A stretch of DNA of 64,000 nt, taken from assembly GCF_044324785.1 (NCBI RefSeq), contig NZ_CP172127.1; one strand, 5' to 3'. The notes under the pieces are model-generated. The model saw only the letters and a program-made list of their open reading frames with translations. It made no database searches and had not been told where the DNA came from. This document shows positions 25,870-42,002 of the stretch, one piece after another; the stretch's first letter is position 1; every line of letters begins with the position of its first letter. Both the position numbers and the translations under genes were made by a program. The DNA is from Escherichia coli (GTDB lineage: Bacteria; Pseudomonadota; Gammaproteobacteria; Enterobacterales; Enterobacteriaceae).

Positions 25870-26696
25870 TGTTGTTCTGCCTGTGCCTGATTTTGTTGCT
25901 GAGTAGATTCCTCTGGCGGCAAGGGCGCCCAGCCTACTGCCGCTCCAGAGTCATAACGCAAATCAACGTAGCTAATCCGTTTGCCATCGGTTTGCGCCTG
26001 CTGCTGTAAAACCGGATAAAGTTCTACAAAGCGAGCCAAACGTTTCATCGTATCGCCCCGGCCAAGATTGAGCTTAATATCGTTATTCAGCGTCAACTGC
26101 CAGGAACGCCGCGCGGTCATCGCCGCTTCCTTCAGAGTAAATCTGTCCTTTGCCAGCATCTGCCCCATTTCGCGATAGCCCTGCAACACTTCATTAGCGC
26201 TGCCTTCCGGGCCATACAGCATTGGAAGCACCTGCTTGCTGGTGCGATCTGGCGGCACGCTGAAGGTGTTTCCTTCCGCGTCTACCATGTGTTGATCATT
26301 CCACCGCGCAATCGGCACATATTCAACCAGATGAATCTTCAATTCATCAGGCCACTGCTTTCTGACGCTCACCTGCTTAATCCACGGCAGGCGTTGTTCT
26401 ATTTGCGTCTGGATGATGTTGACATCCTGGGTCATAAAGGTACCCGGCTCACCCAATGCCAGGATCGACTGCCGGATATCGTCATTACGCGTGTAATGGC
26501 GTTCACCGGTCAACACCAGCTTTGAGAGCGGCAGGCGTTGCGCATCTTCCATCCAGCCCAACACGACCCAGCCGCTCACCAACACTGTCGTTAAAACGGT
26601 CAGCAGGAAAAGGATCCCCGCCAGACGCGTTCCATTATTGCGGCGAGAAGAAACCTCTTCTTCGCTGTTTCGCGTGTTCAGAGCAGCCTGCGACAT
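25866..26696 (-). CDS. ftsQ: Cell division protein FtsQ
   Basis: 276 aa starting [32 protein letters not shown]. Overlaps ftsA by 4 bp. Confidence 0.95.
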   Translation of the reverse strand: MSQAALNTRNSEEEVSSRRNNGTRLAGILFLLTVLTTVLVSGWVVLGWMEDAQRLPLSKLVLTGERHYTRNDDIRQSILALGEPGTFMTQDVNIIQTQIEQRLPWIKQVSVRKQWPDELKIHLVEYVPIARWNDQHMVDAEGNTFSVPPDRTSKQVLPMLYGPEGSANEVLQGYREMGQMLAKDRFTLKEAAMTARRSWQLTLNNDIKLNLGRGDTMKRLARFVELYPVLQQQAQTDGKRISYVDLRYDSGAAVGWAPLPPEESTQQQNQAQAEQQ

Positions 26697-26697
26697 A

Positions 26698-29086
<2,389 letters not shown>

Positions 29087-29139
29087 TCTTTACGCCATTA
29101 ACTTCTTAAATTCATACGATGCAAAAGGCATCGCTACAA

Positions 29140-30207
29140 TTACGCCCGGGCAGCCCGGCTCACTTCATTTGCCACTCGCTCGGTGGCATCCGGAATGGAT
29201 GCAGCGCGGGCGCGTTCTGCCATGGTTAATAAGGTTTCTCGCGACCACCCGGCCAGGGTGTTGGCGACAGCATCCACGCTAAGCTGTGGCTGCTCGATAA
29301 TTTTGGCTGCGCCCGCTTTTTCCAGCGGTAGAGCATTCCAGTATTGCTGGCGGTCTTTATGTTGAAACGGCACAAACAACGCCGGTAGTCCTGCCGCAGC
29401 GATTTCACTCACCGTTAACGCACCGGAGCGGCAAACGACGACATCCGCCCACGCATACGCCGCCGCCATATCATCAATAAATTCCGTCACTTTATGCTGC
29501 GGTTGCCCCGCTTCGGCATACGCCTGTTCAACGGATTGTTGCGAACCTTTACCGCTCTGATGCCAGATAGTGACTGAATCACCCAGTTTCGCAGCAACCT
29601 GCGGCATTGTCTGGTTAAGAATGCGTGCGCCCTGGGACCCCCCCACTACCAACACACGAACCGGACCTTCACGTCCAGCCAAACGTTGCTGCGGCAACGG
29701 CAGCGCCAGCACATCGGTACGCACCGGGTTACCCACCACTTCCGCATTAGGGAAAGCGCCTGGAAACGCCTGCATCACTTTGGTGGCAATCTTAGCCAGC
29801 CATTTATTGGTTAAGCCCGCAATACCGTTTTGTTCATGAAGCACAACCGGAATGCCTAACGACCACGCGGCCAGACCACCTGGACCTGATACGTAGCCGC
29901 CCATTCCGAGCACCACGTCAGGTTTGTACGCTTTCATAATCGCCCGCGCCTGACGCCAGGCGTTGAAGATTCGCAGTGGCGCAGCTATCAGTGCTTTTAT
30001 ACCTTTTCCACGCAGACCAGAGATACGAATGAAATCAATTTCGATGCCATGTTTTGGCACTAAGTCCGCTTCCATACGGTCGGCAGTCCCCAGCCAGCGA
30101 ACTTGCCAACCCTGAGCCATTAGATGGTGCGCAACCGCCAGTCCCGGGAATACATGTCCACCGGTTCCGCCTGCCATCACCATTAATCGCTTTCCTTGAC
30201 CACTCAT
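29140..30207 (-). CDS. murG: Lipid II-forming GlcNAc transferase MurG
   Basis: 355 aa starting [26 protein letters not shown]. Confidence 0.96.
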
Positions 30208-31448
30208 CGTGAACCTCGTACAAACGCCTGCGCTTTCTCCAGACGCGTTTCATAATCAATACGCAACAGCATCATGATGGCTGTCGACATAATCAGTAAG
30301 CTCGAACCACCGTAACTGATCAACGGCAATGTCAGACCTTTGGTCGGTAACATCCCCGCGGCCGCGCCTACGTTCACCAGCGCCTGGAAGCTAAACCAGA
30401 TGCCAATGGAACAGGCGAGAAAACCGGAAAAACGATGGTCAATTTCTAATGCTTTACGGCCAATCGACATCGCACGAAAAGCGACGAAGAATACCATTAA
30501 AAGTGCTAGTACCACACCGACATAACCTAATTCTTCGCCGATAATGGCGAAAATAAAGTCAGTGTGCGCTTCCGGCAGATACTCCAGTTTTTGTACGGAG
30601 TTACCTAAGCCTTGCCCCCACAGTTCGCCGCGACCAAACGCCATCAGCGATTGCGTTAACTGATAGCCGCTGCCAAAGGGATCTTCCCACGGGTTCCAGA
30701 ATGCGGTAACACGGCGGATACGGTACGGTTCGGCGAGGATCAGCAACACAACCGCTGAAATGCCCATACCGATAATGGCAATGAACTGCCACAATTTCGC
30801 TCCCGCCAGGAATAACATCGCCAGCGTAGTCACAAACAACACCACCACCGTACCAAGGTCTGGCTGTGCCAGCAGTAACACTGCCAACACCAGAATCACG
30901 CCCATCGGTTTCAGGAAGCCGCGCAGGTTATTACGTACTTCGTCGCCTTTACGCACCAGATAGTTGGCGATATAGCAAAACAACGACAGTTTTGTCAGCT
31001 CCGCAGGCTGGATACGTAGCAAGCCGAGATCGATCCAACGCGATGCCCCTTTAACAGAGCTACCCACTACCAGAACGATCATCAACAGGATGATTGATCC
31101 GAGTAGCATCGTAGCGCTGTAACGTTGCCAGAATTCCATCGGCAGACGCAGCGTAATGATCGCCAGAATGAATGCCAGGATCAGATAGACGCCATCACGC
31201 TTCGCGAAGAAGAACGGATCGTTGGTTAAGCGTTGCCCGATGGGCATTGACGCCGAGGTCACCATGATAAAGCCAATCGCCGCGAGGCCGAAGGTCAGCC
31301 ACAGTAAGGTGCGATCGTACATGATCAGGCTGTCGGTATCTTTTTCCCGCGAGCCCATCACCCAGCCCTTTAGCGCCGTGGAGATCCAGACCAGAATACT
31401 GAATCCTGGCAGGCGCGGCATTTTCAGGCGAGGGAGAGATAAACGCAT
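30204..31448 (-). CDS. ftsW: Peptidoglycan glycosyltransferase FtsW (SEDS)
   Basis: 414 aa from ATG at 31446-31448 ([15 protein letters not shown]...). The track start at 31451 is a TTG one codon upstream. The ATG overlaps the murD stop. Confidence 0.93.
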
Positions 31449-32764
31449 CAACCTAACTCCTTCGCCAGACGGGCAAACTCATTGCCTCGTTGTTCAAAGT
31501 TCTTGAACTGATCAAGGCTGGCACAGGCCGGGGAGAGCAGAACCATATCGCCCGGCTGAACACGCGGAGCCAGCAAGCGCATCGCCTGTTCCATAGTTTC
31601 GGTTTGTTCTGCCACTTCCGGGCGTAGCGCCGCCAGCTGCGCGCCGTCACGACCGAAACAATACAGACGTACGTTATCGCCATTCAGGTAACGCGCTAGT
31701 GGGCTAAAGTCCGCCGATTTACCATCGCCGCCCAGCAACAAATGCAGCGTGCCGTCTACGTGCAGGCCATTCAGCGCCGCTTCCGTACTGCCGACGTTGG
31801 TCGCTTTTGAATCGTTAATCCAACGTACGCCGTTATGCTCCAGCACAACTTCAAAGCGATGCGGCAGACCAGTGAATGTGGTTAATGCTTTCAGGCTGCT
31901 GGCGCGCGGCAAACCAGCTGCGTCTGCCAGTGCCAGTGCTGCGAGCGCATTGGTGTAGTTATGCTGCCCGGAAAGTTTCATTTCTTTCACGTTCAGCACT
32001 TTCTCGCCTTTCACCCGCAGCCAGGTTTCGCCCTGCTGATGATTCAGGTGATAGTCACCCATGTTGACGCCAAAGCTGACGCAGCGTTCATCCGCACCGC
32101 GAATCGGCATTGTTAAGGCATCATCAGCATTAACCACGCAAATTTTTGCGTTTTCGTAAATGCGCAGTTTTGCTGCACGATACTGTTGTAAACCAAACGG
32201 ATAGCGATCCATATGATCTTCAGTTACGTTCAGAATGGTCGCTGCTACCGCCTGTAAACTGGAGGTGGTTTCAAGCTGGAAGCTCGACAGCTCTAGCACG
32301 TACAGTTCGCACTCATCATCCAGCAGCATCAACGCAGGCAGGCCAATATTGCCACCCACACCAACGTTAACCCCCGCCGCTTTCGCCATTTCACCCACTA
32401 GAGTGGTGACCGTGCTTTTGCCGTTAGAACCGGTGATCGCCACAATCGGTGCTTGTGCTTCACGACAGAACAGCTCGATATCGCCAACGATTTCGATTCC
32501 GGCATCAGCGGCAGCGCTTAAGGATGGATGCGCCAGTGCAATACCGGGACTGGCGACAATCAGATCTGCCGCCATCAGCCATTCATCATTCAGACCGCCC
32601 GTGTGGCGTTCTACGGCTTCGGGTAATTTATCCAGGCCAGGCGGTGTCATACGCGTATCCATAACGCGCGGCGTCACACCGCGAGCGAGGAAAAAGTCCA
32701 CGCAAGAAAGCCCGGTGAGGCCCAGGCCGATAATGACGACATTTTTACCCTGGTAATCAGCCAT
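31448..32764 (-). CDS. murD: UDP-MurNAc-L-Ala--D-Glu ligase
   Basis: 438 aa starting [25 protein letters not shown]. Confidence 0.96.
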
Positions 32765-32766
32765 GA

Positions 32767-33849
32767 TTAACGTACCTTCAGCGTTGCCAGACCAATCAGG
32801 ACCAGCATCAGCGAAATAATCCAGAAACGCACAATGACGCGCGGTTCCGGCCAGCCTTTCAGTTCATAGTGGTGATGAATCGGTGCCATGCGGAAAATAC
32901 GTTGTCCGCGCAGTTTAAAGGAGCCGACCTGCAGGATGACGGAAAGTGTTTCTACCACGAACACGCCCCCCATAATCACCAGCAGGAATTCCTGACGCAG
33001 CAGTACGGCGATAATACCTAACGCACCACCTAACGCCAGCGAACCGACATCGCCCATAAAGACCTGCGCCGGATAGGTGTTAAACCACAGGAAGCCCAGC
33101 CCTGCCCCGACTATCGCGGTACAGACAATGACCAGTTCCCCGGCGTGTCGTAGATACGGTATGTGTAAATAGCTGGCAAAGTTCATGTTGCCGGTCGCCC
33201 ACGCCACCAGCGCAAAACCACCGGCGACAAATACGGTCGGCATAATTGCCAGACCGTCGAGACCATCAGTCAGGTTTACCGCGTTGCCTGTACCCACAAT
33301 GACGAAGTAAGCCAGCAGAATGTAGAACAGCCCCAGTTGCGGCATCACATCTTTAAAGAACGGAACCACCAGCTGCGTTGCGGGCGTGTCTTTGCCGGCA
33401 AGGTACAGCGCGAAGGCAACACCCAGCGCGATCACCGACATCCAGAAATACTTCCAGCGCGCAATCAGGCCCTTGGTGTCTTTACGCACCACTTTGCGAT
33501 AGTCATCAACAAAGCCAATGATGCCGTAACCTACCAGCACCACCAGTACGCACCAAACGTACGGATTGGATGGGTAAGCCCACAGCAGTACGGAGATCAC
33601 AATTGCTGTCAGGATCATAATCCCGCCCATGGTCGGCGTACCGCGCTTGCTGAAGTGTGATTCAGGACCGTCGTTACGCACTACCTGACCAAAGGAAAGT
33701 TTTTGCAAATGAGCAATCATGCGCGGGCCCATCCACAATGAGATGAACAGCGCAGTCAGCAGGCTGACGATGGCGCGAAACGTCAGATAGGAAAAGACGT
33801 TAAAGCCGGAATAATATTTGACCAAATGTTCGGCCAGCCAAACTAACAT
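32767..33849 (-). CDS. mraY: Phospho-N-acetylmuramoyl-pentapeptide transferase
   Basis: 360 aa starting [28 protein letters not shown]. Confidence 0.96.
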
Positions 33850-35201
33850 GTCCCATTCTCCTGTAAAGCGCGTACTACCTCTTCCATGGCAGCACTACGT
33901 GAACCCTTAACTAAAATCGTAATTACCTGTTGCTCAGCAATCAGTGATTTAATACGCGCGATAAGCGCTGTTTTATCTGCAAAATGTTCGCCAACGCCGC
34001 TGGCGGTGCTGATAGCATGGCTTTGTTTACCCACGCTTAACACGCGGTCAATACCAGCAGCTTTTGCCGCTTCGCCCACCTGTACATGGCAGGCTTCGCT
34101 TTCAGCGCCCAGTTCCGCCATATCGCCCACCACCAGCACGCGGTAGCCCGGCATTTCAGCCAGTACCTGGACTGCTGCGGTCATTGAACCGACATTGGCG
34201 TTGTAGGAGTCGTCGAGCAGCAACTGGTTTTCTGCCAGTTGGATGGGGAACAGACGGCCTGGAACAGCTTTCAGATTTGCCAGCCCCGCTTTGATAGCAT
34301 CAAGCGTTGCGCCCACGGACATGGAGAGCGCAGCGGCTGCCAGCGCATTCGCAATATTGTGACGCCCCGGCAACGGCAGCAGAACATCCACGCTACCGGT
34401 TGGGGTTTGCAGGGTAAATTCCGTACCGTGCGAAGTCACATGGATGTTGGTGGCGGTGAAATCGCTGTTGGCGGCATTGGGTGAGAAACGCCACACTTTG
34501 CGTGAGCCAATTACGCTCTGCCAGTTCAGCCAGTCGTTGTTGTCGGCATTCATAATGGCGATACCGTTTTCCGGCAGGCCGCTAAAGATTTCACCTTTCG
34601 CTTTCGCGACACCCGCAAGCGAGCCAAAACCTTCCAGATGTGCCGCTGCCAGGTTGTTGACCAGCGCCGCTTCCGGGCGAGTCAGACTCACAGTCCAGGC
34701 AATTTCGCCCTGATGGTTCGCGCCAAGTTCAATGACTGCGTAATCGTATTCCGGCGTTAAGCGCAGCAGCGTCATCGGTACGCCGATGTCGTTGTTGAGA
34801 TTGCCTGCCGTATAAAGCGTGTTGCCGCACTGGCTTAAAATCGCCGCCGTCATCTCTTTAACGGAGGTTTTGCCGGAGGAACCCGTCAGAGCAACCACGC
34901 GCGCCGGAACTTGCTGGCGAACCCATGCAGCCAGTTCACCAAACGCCAGACGCGTATCCTTGACGATTAACTGCGGCAGATCGATATCCAGCGGACGGCT
35001 GACCAGTAGTGCGCCCGCGCCGCCAGCTTTCGCCTGGTCGGCAAAATCATGAGCATCGAAACGTTCGCCTTTCAGGGCAACAAACAGGCAGCCCGGCGTC
35101 AGTTTTCGCGTGTCAGTGGTTACAGCATCAAGGGTAATATCTGCACCTTGCAGTTCACCGTTGAGAATATCGGTAAGTTGGCTAAGGGTTACGCTAATCA
35201 T
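33843..35201 (-). CDS. murF: UDP-MurNAc-tripeptide--D-Ala-D-Ala ligase
   Basis: 452 aa with GSSGKTS motif. Confidence 0.95.
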
Positions 35202-36685
35202 GCAATCACCCCCAGCAGACGCGCCACCGTGACGCGATCGGAGTAGTCCAGACGCTGATTGCCAACAATCTGGTAATCCTCATGACCTTTGCCCGCGACC
35301 AGTACCACATCATTCTCTTTAGCCTGCATAACGGCGCAAGTCACCGCTTCAGCACGGCCTTCCATCACTTTGGCATGTCCGGCATCTAACATTCCCGCCA
35401 GAATATCGTTGATGATGGCACGCGGTTCTTCGGTACGCGGGTTATCGTCCGTCACCACCGCCACGTCAGCAAACTCTTCAGCAATTGCGCCCATCAGTGG
35501 ACGTTTGCCTTTATCACGATCGCCACCACAGCCAAAGACGCACCACAGCTTGCCTGCACAGTGCAGGCGCGCCGCCTGTAAGGCTTTTTCCAGTGCATCT
35601 GGCGTATGCGCGTAATCCACCACCACCGTCGGTTTGCCTGGTGCAGTGAACACTTCCATACGTCCGCAAACCGGTTGCAGACGCGCGGCGGTTTTCAGCA
35701 AATCAGCCAGCGGATAGCCGAGTGCCAGCAGCGTCGCCAGCGCCAGCAGCAAGTTGCTGACGTTAAAAGCGCCCATCAGATGGCTTTCAATTTCGCCATC
35801 GCCCCAGCTTGAGCTAAAGCGAATCGTCGCACCGCTGTCGTGATAGTTCACGTCGGTCGCTTTCAACCAGCGTCCGTGACAGTTTGGATTGATATGATCT
35901 TCCATTGACACCGCAACTGCGTCTGGCAGTTTTGCCAGCCAGCGGCGACCCACTTCATCGTCGGCGTTAACAATCGCCTGACCGCAATGATGTGCAGAAT
36001 AAAGCAGCCATTTCGCGGCTTCGTAGTGTTCCATATCACCATGATAATCAAGGTGATCGCGGCTTAAGTTGGTAAAGACCGACGCCGCAAATTTCAATGC
36101 CGCCACACGGTGCTGTACCAGCCCGTGGGAGGAAACTTCCATTGCGCAAAAAGTCGCGCCCTGATCCACCAGCCCCGCCAGCTCATGCTGAACATCGACT
36201 GCCGAACCGGTGGTATTTTCTGTCGGGATCACTTTCCCCAGCAGGCCGTTACCAACGGTGCCCATTACCGCGCTGGTTTCGCCAAGCAGTTGGCTCCACT
36301 GCGCCAGCAGCTGGGTCGTCGTGGTTTTGCCGTTGGTGCCCGTTACGCCTACAAGACGTAAATTGTCAGAGGGTTCATGGTAAAAGCGGCCCGCCAGTGC
36401 AGATAAACGCTCGTTGAGCTGGCTGAGATAGATGACCGGTACGCCGTGCATTTCACGGATTTCACCGTCGGTCGCCTCATCTTTCGCCTCTGCAATAATG
36501 GCAGCCACACCTTGCGCTATCGCCTGCGGGATATATCGACGCCCGTCCGCCTGATGACCTACTACAGCTACAAAGAGATCGCCCGCCGCAGCCACACGGC
36601 TGTCGAGTGTCATCTCTCGCAGTGCTCGCGAAGGTGCGTCTGGCACCCACGGAGCAAGAAGGTCGCGCAAATTACGATCTGCCAC
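35198..36685 (-). CDS. murE: UDP-MurNAc-dipeptide--meso-DAP ligase
   Basis: 495 aa with GTNGKTTTT motif. Confidence 0.95.
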
Positions 36686-38438
36686 CTGTCCCCTCGCCTT
36701 GATTAATCACAAATTCATTTTTATCGCCCGTTGTCAGCGCATCCGGCTCGATGTTCATGGTACGCAATACGCCGCCCATGATGGCACCAAAGACCGGCGC
36801 GGAAACGGCGCCGCCGTAGTATTTACCCGCCTGCGGATCGTTGATAACAACAACCAGCGCGAAGCGCGGCTGACTCGCAGGCGCAACGCCTGCGGTATAA
36901 GCAATATATTTATTGATGTAGCGACCGTCCGGCCCGACCTTTTTCGCGGTACCGGTTTTAATGGCGATACGATAGCCCTTAATCGCCGCCTTCACGCCGC
37001 CACCACCCGGTAGCGCCACGCTTTCCATCATATGCACCACGGTGCGAACAATGGATTCCGGGAAGACACGTTCACCGGGAACCGGGGGGTCAACTTTGGT
37101 AATCGACAGTGGGCGATAAATGCCGTAGCTGCCGATAGTTGCGTAGACTCGCGCTAACTGTAACGGTGTTACCATTAGCCCGTAGCCGAAAGAGAAGGTG
37201 GCCCTCTCTATGTCAGACCACCGTTGTTTTTGAGGATATAAGCCACTGCGTTCTCCGACCAACCCCAAATTGGTCGCTTTTCCCAGTCCAAAACGTGAGT
37301 AAGTATCTACTAACGCTGAGGACGGCATCGCTAACGCCAGCTTGGAAACACCGACGTTACTCGACTTCTGTAATACCCCGGTCAGGGTTAATTCGCTGTA
37401 GCGTGCCACGTCTTTGATTTCGTGGCCGTTAATTCGATAAGGAACGGTATTCAGTACCGAGTTTTCCCGCACTACGCCACGTTGCAACGCGGTCATCACC
37501 ACCATCGGTTTAACCGTTGAACCCGGTTCAAACACGTCAGTGATGGTACGGTTACGCATCGCCTCTTTCGGCGTGCCACTCAGATTGTTTGGGTTGTATG
37601 ACGGGCTGTTAGCCATCGCCAGCACTTCACCGGTGTTGACATCCACCAGCACGGCGCTACCAGATTCAGCTTTGTTAAAGGCCACCGCGTTGTTCAGTTC
37701 GCGATAAACCAGCGCCTGCAGGCGTTCATCAATACTCAGCGCCAGGTTGTGCGCCGCCTGACTGTCGGTGGAAGAGATATCTTCAATTACGCGACCATAG
37801 CGGTCTTTACGCACAATGCGCTCACCCGGCTGCCCGGTAAGCCATTTATCGAAACTCTTCTCGACGCCCTCAATCCCCTGACTATCGACGTTAGTAAAGC
37901 CGATGAGGTGAGCGGTCACTTCGCCGGATGGATAATAACGGCGAGATTCTTCACGCAGATGAATCCCCGGCAGTTTCAGTTTTTTGATGTACTCTGCCAT
38001 GTCAGGGTTTACCTGACGCGCCAGATAAATAAAGCGCCCTTTCGGGTTGGCGTTAATGCGGGCTGAAAGCTGATCCAGCGGAATATTGAGTGCGTTAGCC
38101 AGCGCCTTCCAGCGATCACCGACGCTGATACCGCCAGCGTCATGCACTTCTTTCGGGTCAGCCCAAATCGCTTTTACCGGCACGCTCACCGCTAACGGGC
38201 GACCAGAACGGTCAGTAATCATGCCGCGGGAGGTGGAAACTTGCTGAACGCGAAGAGAACGCATGTCGCCCTCTTTCACCAGCATATCCGGGGAGATAAC
38301 TTGTAACCACGCTACGCGTCCGAGCAGAAAAGCCAGCGCCAGGAGAATACAGCCGCATAACAACGCAAAACGCCAACTGATAAAGTTGGCATGTTCTTCC
38401 TGACGTTTTGGTTTCTGCGTTTTCGCCGCTGCTTTCAT
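36672..38438 (-). CDS. ftsI: Peptidoglycan transpeptidase FtsI (PBP3)
   Basis: 588 aa with active-site STVK, SSN and KTG motifs. Confidence 0.96.
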
Positions 38439-38453
38439 GCGTCGCGTTTATCC

Positions 38454-38819
38454 TTATTTTTGCACTACGATATTTTCTTGTGACGGATCAACATGCTGCA
38501 TTTGCAGCTTTTCCGTGGCGATCCTTTCCACCCGGCTATGGTCGCCGAGCGCATTCTCTTCAAGGATCAGGTTGCGCCATTCAATGTCTAAAGCATCTCG
38601 CTCCAGCACCAGTTGTTCGCGCTGAGCGGTCAGTAAACGGGTATGGTGCGCCGTGGTTACCACGGTCACCGCCGTCAAAATAATGCAAATGAACAGGCAG
38701 AGTGGCAGCTTCCCAAATCGCAAAAGATCGTCACCGATAACACCAGGCAATGCATGGCGCTCGTGGCTTCCCATCGATCCTTTAACTTTGCTTAGAGCTT
38801 CTGTCACTCTGCTGATCAT
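38454..38819 (-). CDS. ftsL: Cell division protein FtsL
   Basis: 121 aa bitopic protein starting [27 protein letters not shown]. Confidence 0.93.
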
Positions 38820-39757
38820 GCGTTCGTCCTCTCTGCAATACGCAGAACTGAACTACGGGCACGAGGGTTCTCAGCCACCTCTTCTTCGCCCGGCATTAAC
38901 TTGCCTAGTGCTCGCAGCTGACGGCCACCCAGTTTTTTGAGCTGCTCTTCAGTCATCGGTAACCCTGCCGGAACTTGCGGACCGCGGCTGTTTTCACGCA
39001 TAAAACGTTTCACAATACGGTCTTCCAGCGAGTGGAAGCTGATGATCGAAAGTCGCCCACCCGGGGCCAGCACGTTGAGCGAGCTTTTTAGCGCCTGCTC
39101 TATCTCCTCCAGTTCACTGTTTACCCAAATGCGCACCGCCTGGAAGGTACGGGTCGCGGGATGTTTAAACTTATCTTTCACCGGCGTTGCGGCAGCCACG
39201 ACTTCCGCCAGTTCTTTGGTGCGGGTCATCGGCTGTTCGCGGTTTCGCTCGACAATGGCGCGGGCAATGCGTTTAGCAAAACGCTCTTCACCGTAGGTTT
39301 TCAATACCCAGGCGATATCGGCTTCTTCTGCGGTTTGTAGCCATTCAGCGGCTGACTGCCCACGGGTTGGGTCCATACGCATGTCCAGCGGACCATCGCG
39401 CATAAAGGAAAAGCCGCGTTCAGCATCATCAAGTTGCGGTGAAGAGACGCCAAGATCGAGGAGAATGCCGTCGATCTTGCCGATAAGATCGCGCTCGGCA
39501 ACGTATTCGCCCAGCGCGGAGAAAGGTCCGTGGATGATGGAGAAGCGCGGATCATCAATAGTCTTCGCAACGGCGATAGCCTGCGGGTCGCGATCGATCG
39601 CCAGCAAACGCCCCTCTTCGCCAAGCTGCGAGAGGATCAGACGTGAGTGACCACCGCGACCAAAAGTCCCATCAATGTAGATGCCATCAGGACGGATATT
39701 GAGGCCATTAACGGCTTCATCCAGCAGCACCGTAGTATGTTTATAGTTTTCCATCAT
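38816..39757 (-). CDS. rsmH: 16S rRNA m4C1402 methyltransferase RsmH (MraW)
   Basis: 313 aa from conserved [38 protein letters not shown]. Track ORF (356 aa) trimmed to the ATG at 39757. Confidence 0.93.
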
Positions 39758-39758
39758 T

Positions 39759-40217
39759 TTATAGAGACAAGTCCTGCAGTCGCTCTGATAAGTCTCCAGT
39801 AGCCAACTGCTCTGCGTCGATATCTTCCTTGACCTGTTGATGCCAGGTTGTTTCATCCCACAGCTCAAACTTGTTGAACTGTCCAACCAGCATCACTTCT
39901 TTTGTCAGCCCGGCATGTTGCCGCAGTACTGGCGCGATTAACAATCGACCTGCGCCATCCATCTGACATTCGCTGGCATGACCTAACAGTAGGCGCTGCA
40001 CACGGCGCTCAACCGGGTTCATGCTCGACAGACGCGATAATTTTTGCTCGATAATTTCCCATTCAGGCAGGGGGTAAAGCAGCAGGCACGGGTGATGAAT
40101 GTCAATGGTGCAAACCATTTGACCGGCAGCGTTCTCAAGCAGCTGCTCCCGATAACGGGTAGGCACTGATAAGCGCCCTTTGCTGTCGAGATTGACTAAC
40201 GTTGCTCCCCGGAACAT
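39759..40217 (-). CDS. mraZ: Transcriptional regulator MraZ
   Basis: 152 aa from [26 protein letters not shown]. Track ORF trimmed to the ATG at 40217. Confidence 0.93.
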
Positions 40218-40230
40218 GCCAGCCTCACCC

Positions 40231-40300
40231 CTTATTCCCACTTTGCCCCACAATTTCCCACTGAAAGGAGTTTACGGAGCGGAGGAAAAGCTTGTCAAGC
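40231..40300 (-). promoter_or_regulatory. Pmra promoter and MraZ operator direct repeats
   Basis: Minus strand reads TTGACA-18 bp-TAAACT, followed by three GTGGG repeats at exact 10-bp spacing (plus-strand cccac at 40237, 40247, 40257) in the mraZ 5'UTR. Confidence 0.65.
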
Positions 40301-40818
40301 CAGTCACAAGGCATACCGAGGTAAAAAACCCGATGTTTACGGCTAATATCAGCGTTGTTTATTTTACGTCCAACGTGCGAAGCAAATTAACGTTATGAAT
40401 AGCTGTAAGAAAAAATCCCTCATCGTCATCACCGTTTTAAAATGACTAACTATTTTCCACAGCAAATATAAAGTGTCAGTTTGCGACGCGAGCGGCATTT
40501 TAGGACATATCTTCCCCGGTTAACAGTCCCTGTTGCGTCTGTGTGGCGCTTGATGCCAGCAGGTTTGCGCAAAAACAAAGAAAAGTGTTTGTTAAATCGG
40601 CAATTCATCTCTGCATGTAACAAAATAATGCAAAAACGCGCTGTCAATATCATTTAATTATTGTGAATTTCAGCAGGTGAGTTAATTAACGGGCGGGTTT
40701 AAAAGCATTTATCAATAATAGCCAGGAATAGTCTTATTTACTTTAAGGATATTGATGTCCATTCCCGTACTCAACGCGCCAGAGAGAAATTCACCTGGCG
40801 CGTATTTTTGTTCGCGGC

Positions 40819-41823
40819 TTAGCTACGGCTGAGCACGCCGCGGCGATAGAGATTACGTTTAATGCGCGTTAAACCAGGTTTTGGCTTACGCGGTTCGTCC
40901 AGGCTAGCCAGGACAATCTCCAGCACACGCTCTGCGACATCGCGGTGACGTTGAGCCACTGCCAGCACCGGGCACTGTAAGAAGTCGAGCAGTTCGTTAT
41001 CGCCAAAGGTGGCAATTGCCAGGTCAGAAGGCAGTTTGCCGTCACGACGTAGCGTGACATCCATCACCCCTTGCAACAACGCAAACGACGTTGTGAACAG
41101 TGCCTGCGGCATCGGATGCGTTTCCAGCCATTTTTCGAATAACTGGGCAGCCGCCTCCCGCTCATAGCTGTTGGCATAAAGGAAATGCACTTCGCGCGGA
41201 TCATCTTTCCAGGCAGTACGGAAACCTTGTTCACGCAGGAAGCTGACAGAAAGCTCCGGCAGTGCGCCAAGATAAAGTACCGTCTCGGCGGGAAACTTAC
41301 GTAACTCTTCCGCCAGCATTTCGGCATCATCCTGATCGGCACCAACCACGCTGGTGAAATGTTCACGATCGAGGGCGCGGTCCAGCGCGACAATCGGGAA
41401 CGGGTCGTTAGCCCAGCGTTGATAAAAAGGATGCTCAGGTGGCAACGACGTCGAAACAATAATGGCATCAACCTGACGCTGTAAAAGATGCTCGATACAA
41501 CGCATTTCGTTGTCGGGCTGATCTTCCGAGCAGGCAATCAGCAGTTGATAACCCCTTTGCCGCGCCTGGCGTTCAAGATAGTTAGCGATGCGGGTATAGC
41601 TGGTGTTCTCCAGATCGGGGATCACAAGACCAATAGAACGTGTGCGTCCAGCACGAAGCCCAGCTGCCACGGCGTTCGGGTGGTAATTGTGCTCACGCAC
41701 CACAGCCATGACTTTTTCAACGGTTTTGTCGCTCACACGGTATTGCTTCGCTTTGCCGTTAATAACATAGCTTGCAGTGGTCCGCGACACTCCCGCCAGC
41801 CGAGCGATTTCATCCAGTTTCAC
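40819..41823 (-). CDS. cra: Catabolite repressor/activator Cra (FruR), LacI family
   Basis: 334 aa starting [38 protein letters not shown] (HTH). Confidence 0.95.
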   Translation of the reverse strand: MKLDEIARLAGVSRTTASYVINGKAKQYRVSDKTVEKVMAVVREHNYHPNAVAAGLRAGRTRSIGLVIPDLENTSYTRIANYLERQARQRGYQLLIACSEDQPDNEMRCIEHLLQRQVDAIIVSTSLPPEHPFYQRWANDPFPIVALDRALDREHFTSVVGADQDDAEMLAEELRKFPAETVLYLGALPELSVSFLREQGFRTAWKDDPREVHFLYANSYEREAAAQLFEKWLETHPMPQALFTTSFALLQGVMDVTLRRDGKLPSDLAIATFGDNELLDFLQCPVLAVAQRHRDVAERVLEIVLASLDEPRKPKPGLTRIKRNLYRRGVLSRS

Positions 41824-41947
41824 AATTGCCCCTTGCGTAAAATGTAAAAACCATAGCCATTGTACTGGTATGGGTTAAATTCATTAACATCTAAGCGCAG
41901 AAAATTAACTGCGGCAACTGCTTTTATTCCAGGTTCCCACTGATTTC

Positions 41948-41980
41948 GCAAAAAAAGCCCAACGTGACATGTTGGGCTGC
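41948..41980 (-). terminator. Rho-independent terminator after ilvH
   Basis: Minus strand agcccaac-atgtcacg-ttgggct followed by TTTTTTT, 25 bp past the ilvH stop. Confidence 0.6.
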
Positions 41981-42002
41981 AAATTGCGCATTGAGATCAT
42001 TC

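Noticed and set aside
40450-40653. 67-aa minus-strand ORF in the cra-mraZ spacer
   Set aside because: No convincing RBS, AT-rich low-complexity sequence, and no recognisable family. Retained only as a caveat in the Pmra finding.
41824-42002. Possible small leader ORF (fruL-type) between ilvH and cra
   Set aside because: No ORF with a credible RBS seen. The region is better explained by the ilvH terminator plus the cra promoter.
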